Shown piece after piece: positions 23,801 to 34,715 of a stretch of 64,000 nucleotides of DNA. Origin of the DNA: an uncultured delta proteobacterium (GTDB lineage: Bacteria; Myxococcota_A; Polyangia; Palsa-1104); contig CAWAWS010000022.1 in assembly GCA_963785725.1 (NCBI GenBank), positions 215,442 to 279,441 on the forward strand, written 5' to 3'. Under the pieces are notes generated by a model. The model was given only the letters and a program-made list of their open reading frames with translations, was not told where the DNA came from and made no database searches. A program made the position numbers and the translations under genes. Each line of letters starts with the position of its first letter. Position 1 is the stretch's first letter.

Positions 23801-24265
23801 GCACGCTCGTCTGGAGCGGACCTTTCCGCGTCCGTGATCTACTCGACGCCTGTCTCGATGACGACCAGCCGTAGCCCCCGGCCTCTCAGGGGGTCTACCT
23901 CGTTTCGCGCGATCAATAGCGAGACGTTCCGACCGCTGCGTGCCGCCCCTCTACTTTGGCGGGAACACGGGTAGCTCCCAACGCTTCTGCACGCGCGTTG
24001 CGCTCCGGCCGCAGCGGCGGGCGAGGACGTCTTTTCGGCCGGTTGGTCGGCGTCTACGCCGGCAGAGCAAGCAGGCGCTCAGTGGGACAGACAGCCAGGG
24101 TTCATTCGGTCCTCCTGTCAATCAAGGTAACTCCCCGAAACAGGATCGCTGTCTACCCGTGATTCACGCGATTCGAGCTCGCTGTTCGCAGCGGCATTGC
24201 AAGCGCGCAGAACAAAGTGGCTGTGAGAAAGACGAGTGCTCAATGTCGCCTAAGCGGAGGATCTA

Positions 24266-24561
24266 CCGCCAGGCCCGGGCGACGATTTGCCGGGCGTCGC
24301 GTGTGATGACGTCGCCGTGCGAGAGGATCGCACGCTCGAAGTCCCATGCGAGGATGCGCTCCATGCCCCCGCGTACTCGCGTCTTTTCGCCCCAGACGAA
24401 CCGGTACTCGGGTGCCGGGCTGGGCCGGTTTCACATGCCGAGCGCGCGAAAAAAGATCCGGAGGAACAAGTCAGTGCCGGGCGTGGCCGACGTGAAGTTC
24501 TCGACGAGGTCGACGAGGATGAGGGTGCGGGTCGTGCGGTGAAGAAGGCGACCTCGCGCAT
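24266..24561 (-). pseudogene. DUF4336-like C-terminal remnant cut by IS21
   Basis: EVAFFH..RTLILVDL..ERILAWDFERAILSHG, with a frameshift and an in-frame TGA. Confidence 0.65.
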
Positions 24562-25095
24562 GTCAGGCGATCCTTAAACTGACCCCCAAACGATCCTAAA
24601 ACTGACCCCTCCCCCGCGCCGGCCGGGAGCCGGCAGGAGGAGCGGATGGGAACAGCAAGGCTGCAGGACGTCGTCACGACGGGCACTCCGGTGGTGATGG
24701 TCGAGCCAGAGATTGTGCGGCAGATCCACGCGCTGACAGCGCTACGCTGGGGCGCCAAGCGCATCGCGCAGGCGCTCGGAATCGCCAAGGGCACCGTGAA
24801 GCGATATCGAGTGGGTGGCGCCGACGCCGAGGTGCAGCGGCGGCCCACACGTCGTGGCCTCGACGAGGCGCAGCGAGCGAAAGCACGGGAGTTGTTCGAC
24901 ACGACGGCCGAGGGTAATGCCGTGGTCGTGACGCAGCTTCTCGCCGAGACGGGCATCGACTTGGATATCCGTGTCGTGCAGCGCGTCCTGCAGCGCATCG
25001 GCTGACGAAGCGTGCGGCCGAATCAGCGACGGTACGCTTCGAGACGGAGCCGGGACACCAGCTCCAGATCGACTTCGGCGAGAAGCACGTCGTCG
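24561..25095 (+). mobile_element. istA: IS21 left end and truncated istA
   Basis: TGTCAGGCGATCCTTAAACTGACCCC followed by a second AAACTGACCCC; HTH WGAKRIAQALGI; RFETEPGHQLQIDFGE. Confidence 0.85.
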
Positions 25096-25346
25096 TACGC
25101 GCCTGGCGCTCGCGCTCGAGCACGTAGGCATCGACCGCGCGAGCGCCCGTCGGCGTCCGACGTTTAAGTGCTTCTTGTGGGGCCTGAGCTCGTCGGGAAT
25201 TCGGCGCTTGCCGAGACGACCGTGGACGCCGTCGCGAAAGCCGAACGAATACTTTGGATCAAGCGGGTCGAGCGCTTCTTCGCTCACATCAGAAGCGGCC
25301 GGCTCGGGGCCCTCGTTGGGCGTGTGAATTGCAGGAAGCATTGATC

Positions 25347-25970
25347 ATGAGAATGAACCTGGAAGTTCTGGTGATACCTGTCTCTGACGTCGATCGAGCC
25401 AAGCGCTTCTATGAGAAACTGGGATTCCGTTTGGATATCGACAGCGACGACGGCAGCAAGAGCTACCGACTGATCGAATACACTCCTCCCGGCTCGGGAG
25501 CGTCGATCATCTTCGGCAAAGGGGTCACATCGGCCCGTCCGGGTTCGATCGACCGCCTGGTTCTGACGGTATCCGACCTCGACGCGGTCCGCGCCAAGCT
25601 CCTCTCGCAAGGGATCACAGTCAGTGAGGTGTTCCACGACATCGGCGGCGGCCTCGGCGGCGGTTTTCACGCAGACACCGAAGCGCGCGCGCCGGGTCCA
25701 GATCCCCAAGGTCGTTCCTACGGCTCGTATGCCTCGTTCAGCGATCCCGACGGCAATGTTTGGCTGCTGCAGCAGATTACCAAGCGGCTTCCGGGACGCG
25801 TGGAGGCTCCGGCGTTCGCCTCTGCGGGCGAGTTGGCGAGTGCGCTCCGACGTGCAGAGGCGGCGCACGGCAAACATGAAGCCCAACTCGGTAGACGAGA
25901 CGAGAACTGGCCGGACTGGTATGCGGAGTACATGCTTCGGGAGCAGTCAGGCGAAGAGTCGGCGGCATGA
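25347..25970 (+). CDS. VOC/glyoxalase family protein
   Basis: IPVSDVDRAKRFYEKLGF, SFSDPDGNVWLLQ; C-terminal ALRRAEAAHG..WPDWYA. Confidence 0.88.
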   Translation: MRMNLEVLVIPVSDVDRAKRFYEKLGFRLDIDSDDGSKSYRLIEYTPPGSGASIIFGKGVTSARPGSIDRLVLTVSDLDAVRAKLLSQGITVSEVFHDIGGGLGGGFHADTEARAPGPDPQGRSYGSYASFSDPDGNVWLLQQITKRLPGRVEAPAFASAGELASALRRAEAAHGKHEAQLGRRDENWPDWYAEYMLREQSGEESAA

Positions 25971-26037
25971 CAAACAGATTTGAAAACAACTGGACCCCGT
26001 TCGACGAGACGCGTCTTGTCGAACGGGTACGGCGGAA

Positions 26038-26638
26038 TCAGTAGGAGAGCAGCATGGGCCGCTTCTTGCGGACGGCCAGCCGCGCCAGCTGCAGATATCC
26101 GGCAAACGCGTACCGCATGGTGGCTTCGAGCGGATCGCGCGCTGCCAACTCGTCGTCGGGCTCGGTGAGCCACTGTTGCAGCTGCGCCTTGGTCGCGTGG
26201 AAGCGCTCGGCGTCGAGCAGCTCGAGCTGGCGAACCAACGCCACCGCCGACGCGAAGGTGCGCGCCTCACCCGTCGGAATCTTTGAGCCGCACCCGCACC
26301 TCGAAGTCGCACGGCAGCCAGACACTGGGACCGATGATGGCCGGGAACCGCGACCGGAAGCCTTTCCGCGTCGAGGCGATCCAGGCCTTGTCCTTGGTCA
26401 GCTGCTTGGGCGGCTGGGTTGGCCGCTTCAGGTGCGGTTGCATGTGATACGCGGCCGCCAGGTGCAACGCGTCCAGGCCGGCGAAGCTGCCCAGCTGCTC
26501 GACGGCGATGGGCTCCGCGTCGCGCTCACTCCACGTGCACGGGATCTTCAGCCGGGCTTGCAGCTTCTCGAGCCACGCGCCGGCTTCGGAGCCGTAGTAG
26601 CTCTTCAGTGTTCCGACATGAACGTCGAGCGACATGCG
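26038..26638 (-). pseudogene. Hypothetical protein split by a +1 frameshift near 26283
   Basis: ORFs 26267..26686 and 26038..26325 join (RLKIPTGEAR) if one A is removed from CTCAAAG. Confidence 0.5.
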
Positions 26639-27086
26639 CCAGCCTACCGCATTGACGTCGCCGCCGTCGACGTTGCCGACGAGCAATCAATTCTTCCGGC
26701 CCACCGCTTCCCGGCGCGATGCCTTCTGTAGAACCAATTGCAGATAACGACGCACTTGCGGCAACGTCGACTTCACTTGGCGCCGGGGGAAAAGCGCCCG
26801 GCGAAGGGCGAAGAATCCGTGTGCGACCGCACGTCCATCGATCTGCTGAGGGGCGAGCGCGATCTACGGACGCGCCCGGCACGGCGATCGAGAGTCGCGC
26901 CAAGCCGCTGACCGCGGCGCTGGCGTTCGTGGGCGCGATTCCCTGACGTGATTTAGCGCTGCGAAACCAGCCCGGGGACGACAAGTCGCGCGACTCAATG
27001 CGGTCGATCACACGCGCGGCGCCGAGGAAGGTGATTCCCGTGTGTTAGAATCGTGTCTTACTTTGGGGGATAGCTTGCGCAACTCG

Positions 27087-27698
27087 ATGTGGATCTTGCT
27101 CGCGCTGGTGCTGCTTTTGCCGCGCGTGGCCGCTGCCGACGACACGGCGTCCGTCAAGCGGCTCTTCGTCTCCGGCAGTAAGCACTTCGATCTCGGCGAA
27201 TATCGTGACGCGCTGAGCGACTTCAAAGAAGGGTTTCGCCTCAATGACGATCCCGTCTTTCTCTACAACATCGCGCAGTGCCATCGGCTGTTGAACGAGA
27301 ACGCGGAGGCCATTCGCAGCTATCGCGTCTACCTGCGCCGTCGGCCGAACGCGCCCAATCGCGCCGAGGTCGAGCAGAAGATCGCGTCGCTGGAATCAGT
27401 GATGGCCGAGCAGCAAAAGGCGATGAACGCGCCGCCCAATCACGTGTTGCCGCCCGATCATGCGGCCAACGCGCCGACGCCGGTCGAGCCTGCGACCACG
27501 ACGCCGCCGGCCACGGTGACGCCGGTTGTCGCGGTCACGGCCGCGCCGGCGCCGAACGATCGAACGCCCGTGTACAAAAAGTGGTGGTTGTGGACGATCG
27601 TCGGTGGCGTGGTCGTCGTCGGAGTCGGCGTCGGGCTCGGCATCGGCTTGTCGCACGGCGGCAGCTCGTCGGGCAGCTTTCCTGCGGTGCAGTTCTGA
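27087..27698 (+). CDS. Secreted TPR protein with Pro/Thr linker and C-terminal TM
   Basis: Signal peptide; GEYRDAL, FLYNIAQCHR; PVYKKWWLW + hydrophobic helix. Confidence 0.85.
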   Translation: MWILLALVLLLPRVAAADDTASVKRLFVSGSKHFDLGEYRDALSDFKEGFRLNDDPVFLYNIAQCHRLLNENAEAIRSYRVYLRRRPNAPNRAEVEQKIASLESVMAEQQKAMNAPPNHVLPPDHAANAPTPVEPATTTPPATVTPVVAVTAAPAPNDRTPVYKKWWLWTIVGGVVVVGVGVGLGIGLSHGGSSSGSFPAVQF

Positions 27699-30016
27699 TG
27701 CGCGGCGGTTGCATGATCCTGCTCGCCGTCAGCGCGTTCGCCGGCGGTTGCGGCGGCAACGACGATGTCTGCGCGGGCGTGAGCGGCACCTGCGTCGCGC
27801 TGACCGTCGAGTCGACGACGGTGCTCGCGGTCGACAGCTTGCACATCGTCGCCACGGGCGCCGTCGCCGGCGCCGAGACCACGAGCGGTGCGCGGAAGAG
27901 CTTGCCCCTCCACGTCGCGCTCAAGCTGCCGGCGAGCGCGAGCGGCCGATGGAATCTGTCGATCGAAGGATTGTTGGGCGGCGTTGTCGTCGGCAGCGGA
28001 CCGGCCAGCGCCGACGTCGTCCCCGGTAAGCATACGACCGCCAACTGCACGTTGACCGCCATCGGCGGCGGCGACGGAGGCAGCGACGGCGGCCTCGATC
28101 TCGCCGGCAGCGACGGCGGCGGCGACATGTCACCCGTCGTCTGCGATCCGAGCGGCGCAAAAGGCCCGGCTTGCGTGTGGCGTTGGCAGGCGCCGCTGCC
28201 CGTCGGTGAAGAGATCGTCAGCGTGCACGCGTTCGCCGACGACGACACGTTCGCGCTCACGCAATCGGGCACGATCCTGCATCGCGACGGCAACGGCTGG
28301 AGCATCTTGCCCGCGCGTCCGACGCCGGCCACCGGCACCTTCACCGCGCGCCGCATGGCAGGCGCCACCGGCCAGCTCAGCGATCTCTACATCGTCGGGT
28401 TCAACTCGGGCACGAGCGCCACGGTCTACGAAGTCTTCCACTCGGCCGACAAAGGCGTGAGCTGGAAGGAAGAGCCGCTGCCCGCCACCGCCACCGTCGG
28501 CAACGACTCGTTCCCTGGCATCACCGTGACACCCGGCGGCGACGTCATCCTCGCCGGCGACTTCTCGCACATCGTCACGCGCAGCCAATCGAGCGGCACC
28601 TGGACCGACTATCAGACCGACACGACCTGCGCGCCACCGTCGACCGGCTGCTCGACCAACTACGGCGCCGTGACGTCGACCGTCGTCGCTAACGTCGCCA
28701 CTTACGGCGTCAACGAGATCTCGCGCGCCAACGCCGGCACCAACAGCTGGACGCTCAAGATCGCCGGCTCCAACGGGACCAACCCGATCCTCGCGCTCTG
28801 CGCCAACTGGGACGGCTCGTCGAACTATCGCTATTGGGGCGTCGGCTACTCGGGCGTCATCACGACGTCGGTCGACAGCACGACCTGGAGCAGCGAGGCC
28901 AGCAACACCGCAGCGTTGCTCTATGGGTGCACCGCCATCAACAACAACAACGTCTGGGCGTTCGGCTCCAGCGGCACCATCATCGCCAGCAGCAACGGCG
29001 GCATCGCCGGCACCGGCACGTGGACCGGGCAGACGAGCGGCACGTCCAGCTTGCTGCTAAGCGGCTCGCATAGCCCGGGCACGGCGCTGACGATTGTCGG
29101 AGATTCGGGCACGATCTTGCGCTCGATGAACGGCGGCACGACGTACATCAACGAGCAGACCGGCCCGTCGGGCACTTGGTCCGCGATCTTCGGCGTCACT
29201 CCCACCAACGTCTACGCCGCCGGCTCCAACGGCTCGATCGTGCACTCCAGCGACGGTCTCACCTGGCAGGCCATCACCAGTGGCGTCACCGCCAACTTGT
29301 ATGCGCTGTGGGCCTCGTCGGCGACCGACGTCTACGCCGTCGGCACCGGCGGCACGCTCCTGCACTCGACGAATGGCAGCTCGTTCGTCAAATACGGTAA
29401 CCCGACGAGCGGCGGCATTCCGGCGACGGCGACGCTCTTCGACGTCGCTGGGCTGAGCGCGAACAACGTCTTCGTGGCCGCCGACAGCGGGATCTATCGC
29501 TCGACCGACGGCGGTACGACCTTCGCGCCGGTCACGATCACCGGCTTCACCGGGACTGCAGCCACCGCGCTCTTCGCCATGAACGGCGGCTTATGGGTGG
29601 GCGGCGGCAGCGGCCAGCTCTATCACACTACCGACGGCGTCAACTTCTCGTCGCAGACGCTCACCGGTGCCGGCGCTGGCGTCGCCGTCACGCGCATTCG
29701 CGGCCGCTTACCCAACGAGCTGTACGCGACGAGCAACCAGTCCGGCTGGCTCGCTCATACGACCAACGGCGGCACGAGCTGGACCAACGCCAACGTCCTC
29801 GCGCTCGGCGACGGCGCGCAGGATCTGGCGGTGGCGCCAACGTCGGGAGCGCTTTACGCGACGATCGGCCAGCTCGTCGTTTCCACCGACGGCGGCATGA
29901 CCTTCACTTCCGTCAACAGCGCGCCGGTTCCAAACGCACAGCTAGCGCTGTACGCAGCCAGCGACTCATCCATCTTCGCGACCGACTCCGGCGGCATCGT
30001 TCACTTCGGCAACTAA
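27698..30016 (+). CDS. Lipoprotein with BNR/Asp-box (YCF48-like) beta-propeller repeats
   Basis: Lipobox AGGC; repeats SADKGVSW, SMNGGTTY, STDGGTTF, TTNGGTSW, STDGGMTF; TGATG coupling to the TPR gene. Confidence 0.85.
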   Translation: MRGGCMILLAVSAFAGGCGGNDDVCAGVSGTCVALTVESTTVLAVDSLHIVATGAVAGAETTSGARKSLPLHVALKLPASASGRWNLSIEGLLGGVVVGSGPASADVVPGKHTTANCTLTAIGGGDGGSDGGLDLAGSDGGGDMSPVVCDPSGAKGPACVWRWQAPLPVGEEIVSVHAFADDDTFALTQSGTILHRDGNGWSILPARPTPATGTFTARRMAGATGQLSDLYIVGFNSGTSATVYEVFHSADKGVSWKEEPLPATATVGNDSFPGITVTPGGDVILAGDFSHIVTRSQSSGTWTDYQTDTTCAPPSTGCSTNYGAVTSTVVANVATYGVNEISRANAGTNSWTLKIAGSNGTNPILALCANWDGSSNYRYWGVGYSGVITTSVDSTTWSSEASNTAALLYGCTAINNNNVWAFGSSGTIIASSNGGIAGTGTWTGQTSGTSSLLLSGSHSPGTALTIVGDSGTILRSMNGGTTYINEQTGPSGTWSAIFGVTPTNVYAAGSNGSIVHSSDGLTWQAITSGVTANLYALWASSATDVYAVGTGGTLLHSTNGSSFVKYGNPTSGGIPATATLFDVAGLSANNVFVAADSGIYRSTDGGTTFAPVTITGFTGTAATALFAMNGGLWVGGGSGQLYHTTDGVNFSSQTLTGAGAGVAVTRIRGRLPNELYATSNQSGWLAHTTNGGTSWTNANVLALGDGAQDLAVAPTSGALYATIGQLVVSTDGGMTFTSVNSAPVPNAQLALYAASDSSIFATDSGGIVHFGN

Positions 30017-30654
30017 ACCTAATCGCTGGACAGACCGGCTTTAGCGACCAGAACGTCTGCCAGACAGGAATTAAGTCGCGTCCGGGCCGGTTGTAAAAGC
30101 TCGCCATCTCGTGAGCTTCGATCCACTGAATCGAGCGCGGTGATGCGCCGCTTCTTTCCTGGGACACGACTCTCGGTGGGTCGCCGACAGGACGCGGGAA
30201 CTCATCGGCGGCCGACTACTGCCGTTCGATAGTCGCCTGGTCCTGTCGCCAGAAGGAGAGCAAGGTGTGTCTGCCGGCCTCGCGGCACGGCCCGCACTCG
30301 ATACGAGGCTCCTCTGCGGCGTCAGGAAGACATCCGACGAAAATGTGCGATGCGCCTTTGCCGTGAACAATGCAGCCGCCACGGTCCTGCACCCACTGTG
30401 ACCATTGGGCTTGTTGGAGCTGGTTCGGCTTGGGACTCATTCTGTCCGGTCACTATCTCGGAGCCGCCTCACCGAGCACCGCGACGCGAACAGTCACGCG
30501 GCGCTTCATGGCCTGATCGAGACGCCATCGACTCGCCACGTTCGTCACCCTTGGCGATTGGCGAATCTCGCGCGTGCTCTTTGATTTCTTCTGGCTGCGA
30601 CGCTTGCTATCTTGTCTCGCGCCCGACGACACGACGACTGACGCGGCGCCGTGC

Positions 30655-31149
30655 TCACGCGTCGGGCGTGAGGCCCATGAAGTACGCCCTCTGCGCAGGG
30701 TAGTACGCGTCGAACTCCGGGCGAGCTGCGCCACCGCGCGAGGCGACGAGCGCGTCGAGGTAATACTCCCAGCCCGGGCCGACTTCGCCGACGCGCGCGC
30801 TATCGATGTTGTGATGGATGAACTCGAGCTCGCAGCCGTCCGCGGTCGGCTTCAGGCCGAGCTCGAGCCGCGACGTGAACGCGCTGCCGACGGAGTCGAG
30901 CACCAAGCGGCGGGGGGCTTCGCACGCCTCGATCTTCTTGGTGAGCCACGGCTGGCCGTCCTCGAAGCCCATCTGGACGCGGATCTCGTTGCCGACACCG
31001 GGCGTGCCTTCCCAGCGGCCGAACCAGCGCGCGGTGCTCGACGGATCGGTGATGCTCGTCCAGACGTCCTCGATCGAGGCGTGAAACCGGCGGCTGAGGA
31101 CGAGATCTTTGCCGTGGATGCGGCCGGTGGGCTGCGGCTGATTGGTCAT
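30655..31149 (-). CDS. SRPBCC/AHSA1 domain protein
   Basis: RRFHASIEDVWTSITDP..ARWFG, GPGWEYYLDAL. Confidence 0.88.
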   Translation of the reverse strand: MTNQPQPTGRIHGKDLVLSRRFHASIEDVWTSITDPSSTARWFGRWEGTPGVGNEIRVQMGFEDGQPWLTKKIEACEAPRRLVLDSVGSAFTSRLELGLKPTADGCELEFIHHNIDSARVGEVGPGWEYYLDALVASRGGAARPEFDAYYPAQRAYFMGLTPDA

Positions 31150-31541
31150 TGGGATCCCTTTTTGGTCTTGGCGGTGGTGGTGTGAACAGTCGCCGCGGGG
31201 CGGGCTGCGCCGCGGCGTTGGTTGCGGACGCGATGTACTTCGGTTTCGAGCGCGGCGAACCGGCGCTCCCAGTCGATCGCCGGCGTGGGCGCGCGCAGCT
31301 CCTGGAGGTAGGCCTCGAGCTCGTCGAGCGCGCCGACGACCAGCTCGTACTCGCGGTGGCGGCCGCGGACGGTGTCGCGCACGAGCCCAGCCTCGCGCAG
31401 CACGCGCAGGTGGCGGCTCACGGCGGGCCGGCTCACCGTGAACGCGCCGTCGAGCTCTCCCGCCCTGTGGATGCGGCGGGACAGCATGCGCAAGATGTCC
31501 CGCCGGATCGGGTCGGCGAGGGCTTGGGCGACCGCGTCCAC
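31146..31541 (-). CDS. ArsR/SmtB family regulator
   Basis: ALADPIRRDIL, SRPAVSRHLRVLREAGLV; overlaps the SRPBCC start. Confidence 0.9.
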   Translation of the reverse strand: MDAVAQALADPIRRDILRMLSRRIHRAGELDGAFTVSRPAVSRHLRVLREAGLVRDTVRGRHREYELVVGALDELEAYLQELRAPTPAIDWERRFAALETEVHRVRNQRRGAARPAATVHTTTAKTKKGSQ

Positions 31542-31544
31542 GAC

Positions 31545-31574
31545 ACGATGCGTAACAGACGTGTTACGCATCGT
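31545..31574. promoter_or_regulatory. 13-4-13 palindromic operator upstream of the ArsR gene
   Basis: ACGATGCGTAACA-GACG-TGTTACGCATCGT; minus-strand TTGACG at 31572-31577. Confidence 0.75.
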
Positions 31575-32239
31575 CAATCGGGAAAACCTCCAGCAGCTGC
31601 CATTAGCGAGTGACGACCGGCTGCGAATGGGCCAGGGGTGAAGGGGGCGGGCCCCCTTTCGACAGCGGTCTGGCGGGGTCCGGGGCGGCACGCTCCCGGC
31701 ACGAACCGCCTGTTCGTCTTGATATTCGTTCGACGTCGCGCACTCGGTCCTGTGCTGCACCCTCTCGTCGAGGCCCGTCGAGGCCTCTGGCCCTGCGGAA
31801 GTGTCACCGCGAAGGAACGTAGCTCCAGCCCGGCCGGTCCAGGCTGAAGGCCCAGCCGCGACCTGCATCAGCGCCCGAGAGATCGCCGGCTAGGAACCGG
31901 GCTCTGCAGCGCTGGAGTTGGCGTAGCGCTGGCGACGGCACCTGATCCCTGCAGCTCGGCGCAGAGCTGTACGAGATCGTCCTCGGCATGTGGCACCCAA
32001 TCAGTCGGCCACCGCTTCGTGGCTTTGTTTCGCGCCCTGGCGCCTGGCGGTCACTAGCCTCGCCGCTCGCCGACGCGTGTCGGCGGCGTCGGCCTCCGGG
32101 TTTTGGGTCCCCGCCCAAAAACGCATTCCCTGGGCCGGGGAGCTCGGCCCCTCGCCCCTCGTCGGGAAGGTGTCCCGACTGACCGGGACCACAGACGAGG
32201 AGACACACCATGTACAGCATCAATCGCATCGAGCTGCCT

Positions 32240-32761
32240 CGCTCCTCCTGCTGTCGCAGTTGGCGTGACGCCATGACCGGATGACGCGACCCCTTCGCTC
32301 CGCCACCATTACAGTGACCTCATCGCTACTACGAGTCGCTCCGCCCCTTGACTGCGCATCGATATTGTCGGCCTCGCATTCCTGCTTGTGCCTTTCTCTT
32401 TGCATCGCAGTCGAAGGTTCCCGCAGTTCAACGTAGGAGCCCGAACCAAGCTGGCGCTGCCTCTATGCCGGACGCCACGTGGCCCGTAGGCAGGTATCGT
32501 CCACGCTGATCCCGGGTCAACATCACACTCCCGGTTTTGACGTCGTCTGAGCACTTTCGGCACTTGGGCGGCAGTTCACGGATGTTCGCCTTCATTGGTT
32601 CTCACCTGACGCCTCAAGGGCGCCTTTTCCGCAACGCTCACGACCAGGGCTTTTGACCGAGGCCGCTTGCGGTGGTTTGCGCCCTGCTCCTGCAAGCCGG
32701 GCGCGAGAGGCCATTCGTTCTATTTCATCTCTCATCTCCTACGCCGCTTTCTGCGGCACAC
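32240..32761 (-). mobile_element. 5' fragment of a group IIB (class D, RmInt1-like) intron, domains I-III
   Basis: Starts GTGTG; colinear with RmInt1 motifs as recalled (GAACTGCGGGAACC, GGGGCGGA..CGTAGTAGCG..GTAATG..GGAGCGAAGGGG); EBS1 pairs with the flanking exon; no IEP or domain V. Confidence 0.85.
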
Positions 32762-32889
32762 TGATGTCCGTCGCCCACACCTGATTTGCCCGCGTCACCT
32801 CGACGCCGCGCAGCAGATAGGGATAGACCTTGTGCTCCGGCTGCGGCCGGCTCGTCGACGGCCCGGGCACCAGGCCCTGCAGGCCTCGA
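32762..32889 (-). pseudogene. IS3-family transposase fragment (5' exon of the intron)
   Basis: GLVPGPSTSRPQPEHKVYPYLLRGVEVTRANQVWATDI, ending at the intron junction. Confidence 0.85.
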
Positions 32890-33330
32890 CTTGACCATGC
32901 CCAGTATCGACGGCGTGTCGCTTCTGCGCTAGATGCGGCGGCGTCGATTACGTCAGCCCAGCCTGGTGCTGACCATGCACGCCGACGCCGATATCGCCGC
33001 CGAAGCGCTCGAATGCGGCGCGTCCGGATTCGCGGAGGGGCAATTCCCCGTCAGACAACTCGGTGGTCTTTGGACGATCCTACTGAGAGGAGGAGGCGGG
33101 ACCGAAAAACGACTACGTTTGGGGAAGGTCGCCGACTTCGTAGAGGGCGTCGGCGCCGGCGCCGGTCTCAATCGCGACTTCGGCGCGGCCCATTGGCGCA
33201 TCATCGCGGGCGTCGAGCTATTCAACCATCGCCGGCGAACCGCTCGCTGAATAGCAGCGGGGACGTACGTAACCGAGAGCGTGACATCAAGCGCGTTGCC
33301 TCCAGCGCGGCCCGCGACGTCAACAGAGCG

Positions 33331-33414
33331 CTACCGCCTGCTCCAATAGAATCCACCGCCGCCGAACGCGAAGATCGCCAGCAGAACCAGTATCACTATC
33401 ATCGTGGTGCTCAT
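33331..33414 (-). CDS. 27-aa small membrane protein
   Basis: MSTTMIVILVLLAIFAFGGGGFYWSRR; AAGGAG RBS. Confidence 0.65.
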   Translation of the reverse strand: MSTTMIVILVLLAIFAFGGGGFYWSRR

Positions 33415-33479
33415 GATGTATTGCTCCTTTGACTAGCGCTTATTACTTCACGATTCTTTGAACGCGCGATTAGCCTTCT

Positions 33480-34715
33480 TCACGCCGGCGAGCATGCCTT
33501 CGACTCCGTCGCGTTCCGCCTTGTCGTCGCTCGAGCTCGCTCGTCGTGGTTTCCCTCGAACGTGCGACCCACCATGGAAGTCGAGCAAGGAGTGTGCCGT
33601 GGCCGTGACGAGCTTCGCCGTCTCAAATCGGAGCGTGCAATATTCTGAACAAGGTCGATTCTGGCCGGCATCGGTGTTCTTGGTGACCGACCTTTGACGC
33701 GACCGGGCAGCAATGTTCGATAGCGTTCGCCGCGACGAGGATGAATGAGCGTCGTCGCATCTTCGTAGACGCGCGGGGTCGTCCACAGCAACCGCAACGC
33801 GCCTTCGAGCGGCATCGACTGATAGCGCTCGGGCCATCGCTCGCGCACGAGCCGGCGCACGACGGGTGCGTACCGCGGGCTCATCGCCGGAAACAGGTGG
33901 TGCTCGACATGAAATCCAAAGTTGAGGTGAAGTGTCTCGAGGACCTGAGGCGTCGTCACGCTCAGTGAGTTCAGCAGCGGATCGTTCAGTTGCGTGAGCG
34001 GGCTCAGACTGTGGTTGGTCAGGATATAGGCCATCACGATCGCATTGCCGGTCATGAGTGGCACGACGAATGCGAAGACGAATCCTAGCGGGCCGACGAC
34101 GAATCCAATTCCCATCCATACCGCGATCGCGGCGATCGTATGAACGATTGCCGCGCGGTGTTGCCGCGAGGTCAGACCGAACGAATCACCACCCTGTACA
34201 AGGACGATGAGACTCTGCACCGTGAAGCCGAGCAGCAAGGTGGCCGCGCCTGCCCACCGGCGACCGCCAACTGAAAAATGATCGGCGATGCGCACGGCCC
34301 GACTCTGGCGGTACTGCGCCAATGTCGCATACGTGTCGGGATCGACGCCGCTCTGCCCAGTATGACCGTGATGAACTCTGTTGTGCCACGCAACCCAGAG
34401 AGTCGGCGAGATGGCAAAAGGGAGGAATCCGAGCCAGCCGATCGCCAGCCGTGCCCGCCTTCCGCGGACGATGGACCCGTGCAGGGTCTCGTGCGCGACG
34501 AAGGCTGCGCCAGCGAAGCTGTGGCCGATCAGGAGTGAGAACCCAATCCGCGCCGGCCAGCCTCCCCAATGGCAACCAATGGCAACGACGCCTCCCGCGA
34601 TGATTGCCAGATGAAGGAGTAGCCAGAGGACGCGGCTCGGCGCCGGGGAGAAGACCCGCGGCGGTAGGCTGTCGCGCAGCACGCGTGCGTATTCGTTGAC
34701 TGGATGCTCGCGCAT
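33480..34715 (-). CDS. Fatty acid desaturase
   Basis: His boxes HETLH, HNRVHH, HVEHH. The C-terminal extension may be spurious. Confidence 0.88.
   Translation of the reverse strand: MREHPVNEYARVLRDSLPPRVFSPAPSRVLWLLLHLAIIAGGVVAIGCHWGGWPARIGFSLLIGHSFAGAAFVAHETLHGSIVRGRRARLAIGWLGFLPFAISPTLWVAWHNRVHHGHTGQSGVDPDTYATLAQYRQSRAVRIADHFSVGGRRWAGAATLLLGFTVQSLIVLVQGGDSFGLTSRQHRAAIVHTIAAIAVWMGIGFVVGPLGFVFAFVVPLMTGNAIVMAYILTNHSLSPLTQLNDPLLNSLSVTTPQVLETLHLNFGFHVEHHLFPAMSPRYAPVVRRLVRERWPERYQSMPLEGALRLLWTTPRVYEDATTLIHPRRGERYRTLLPGRVKGRSPRTPMPARIDLVQNIARSDLRRRSSSRPRHTPCSTSMVGRTFEGNHDERARATTRRNATESKACSPA

Noticed and set aside
31635..31700. GC hairpins (GAAGGGGGCGGGCCCCCTTTC etc.) as a REP family
   Set aside because: No second copy was found in the window; support is insufficient.
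32240..32761. Complete ORF-less intron, retron or DGR
   Set aside because: No domain V/VI and no reverse transcriptase seen in the window.
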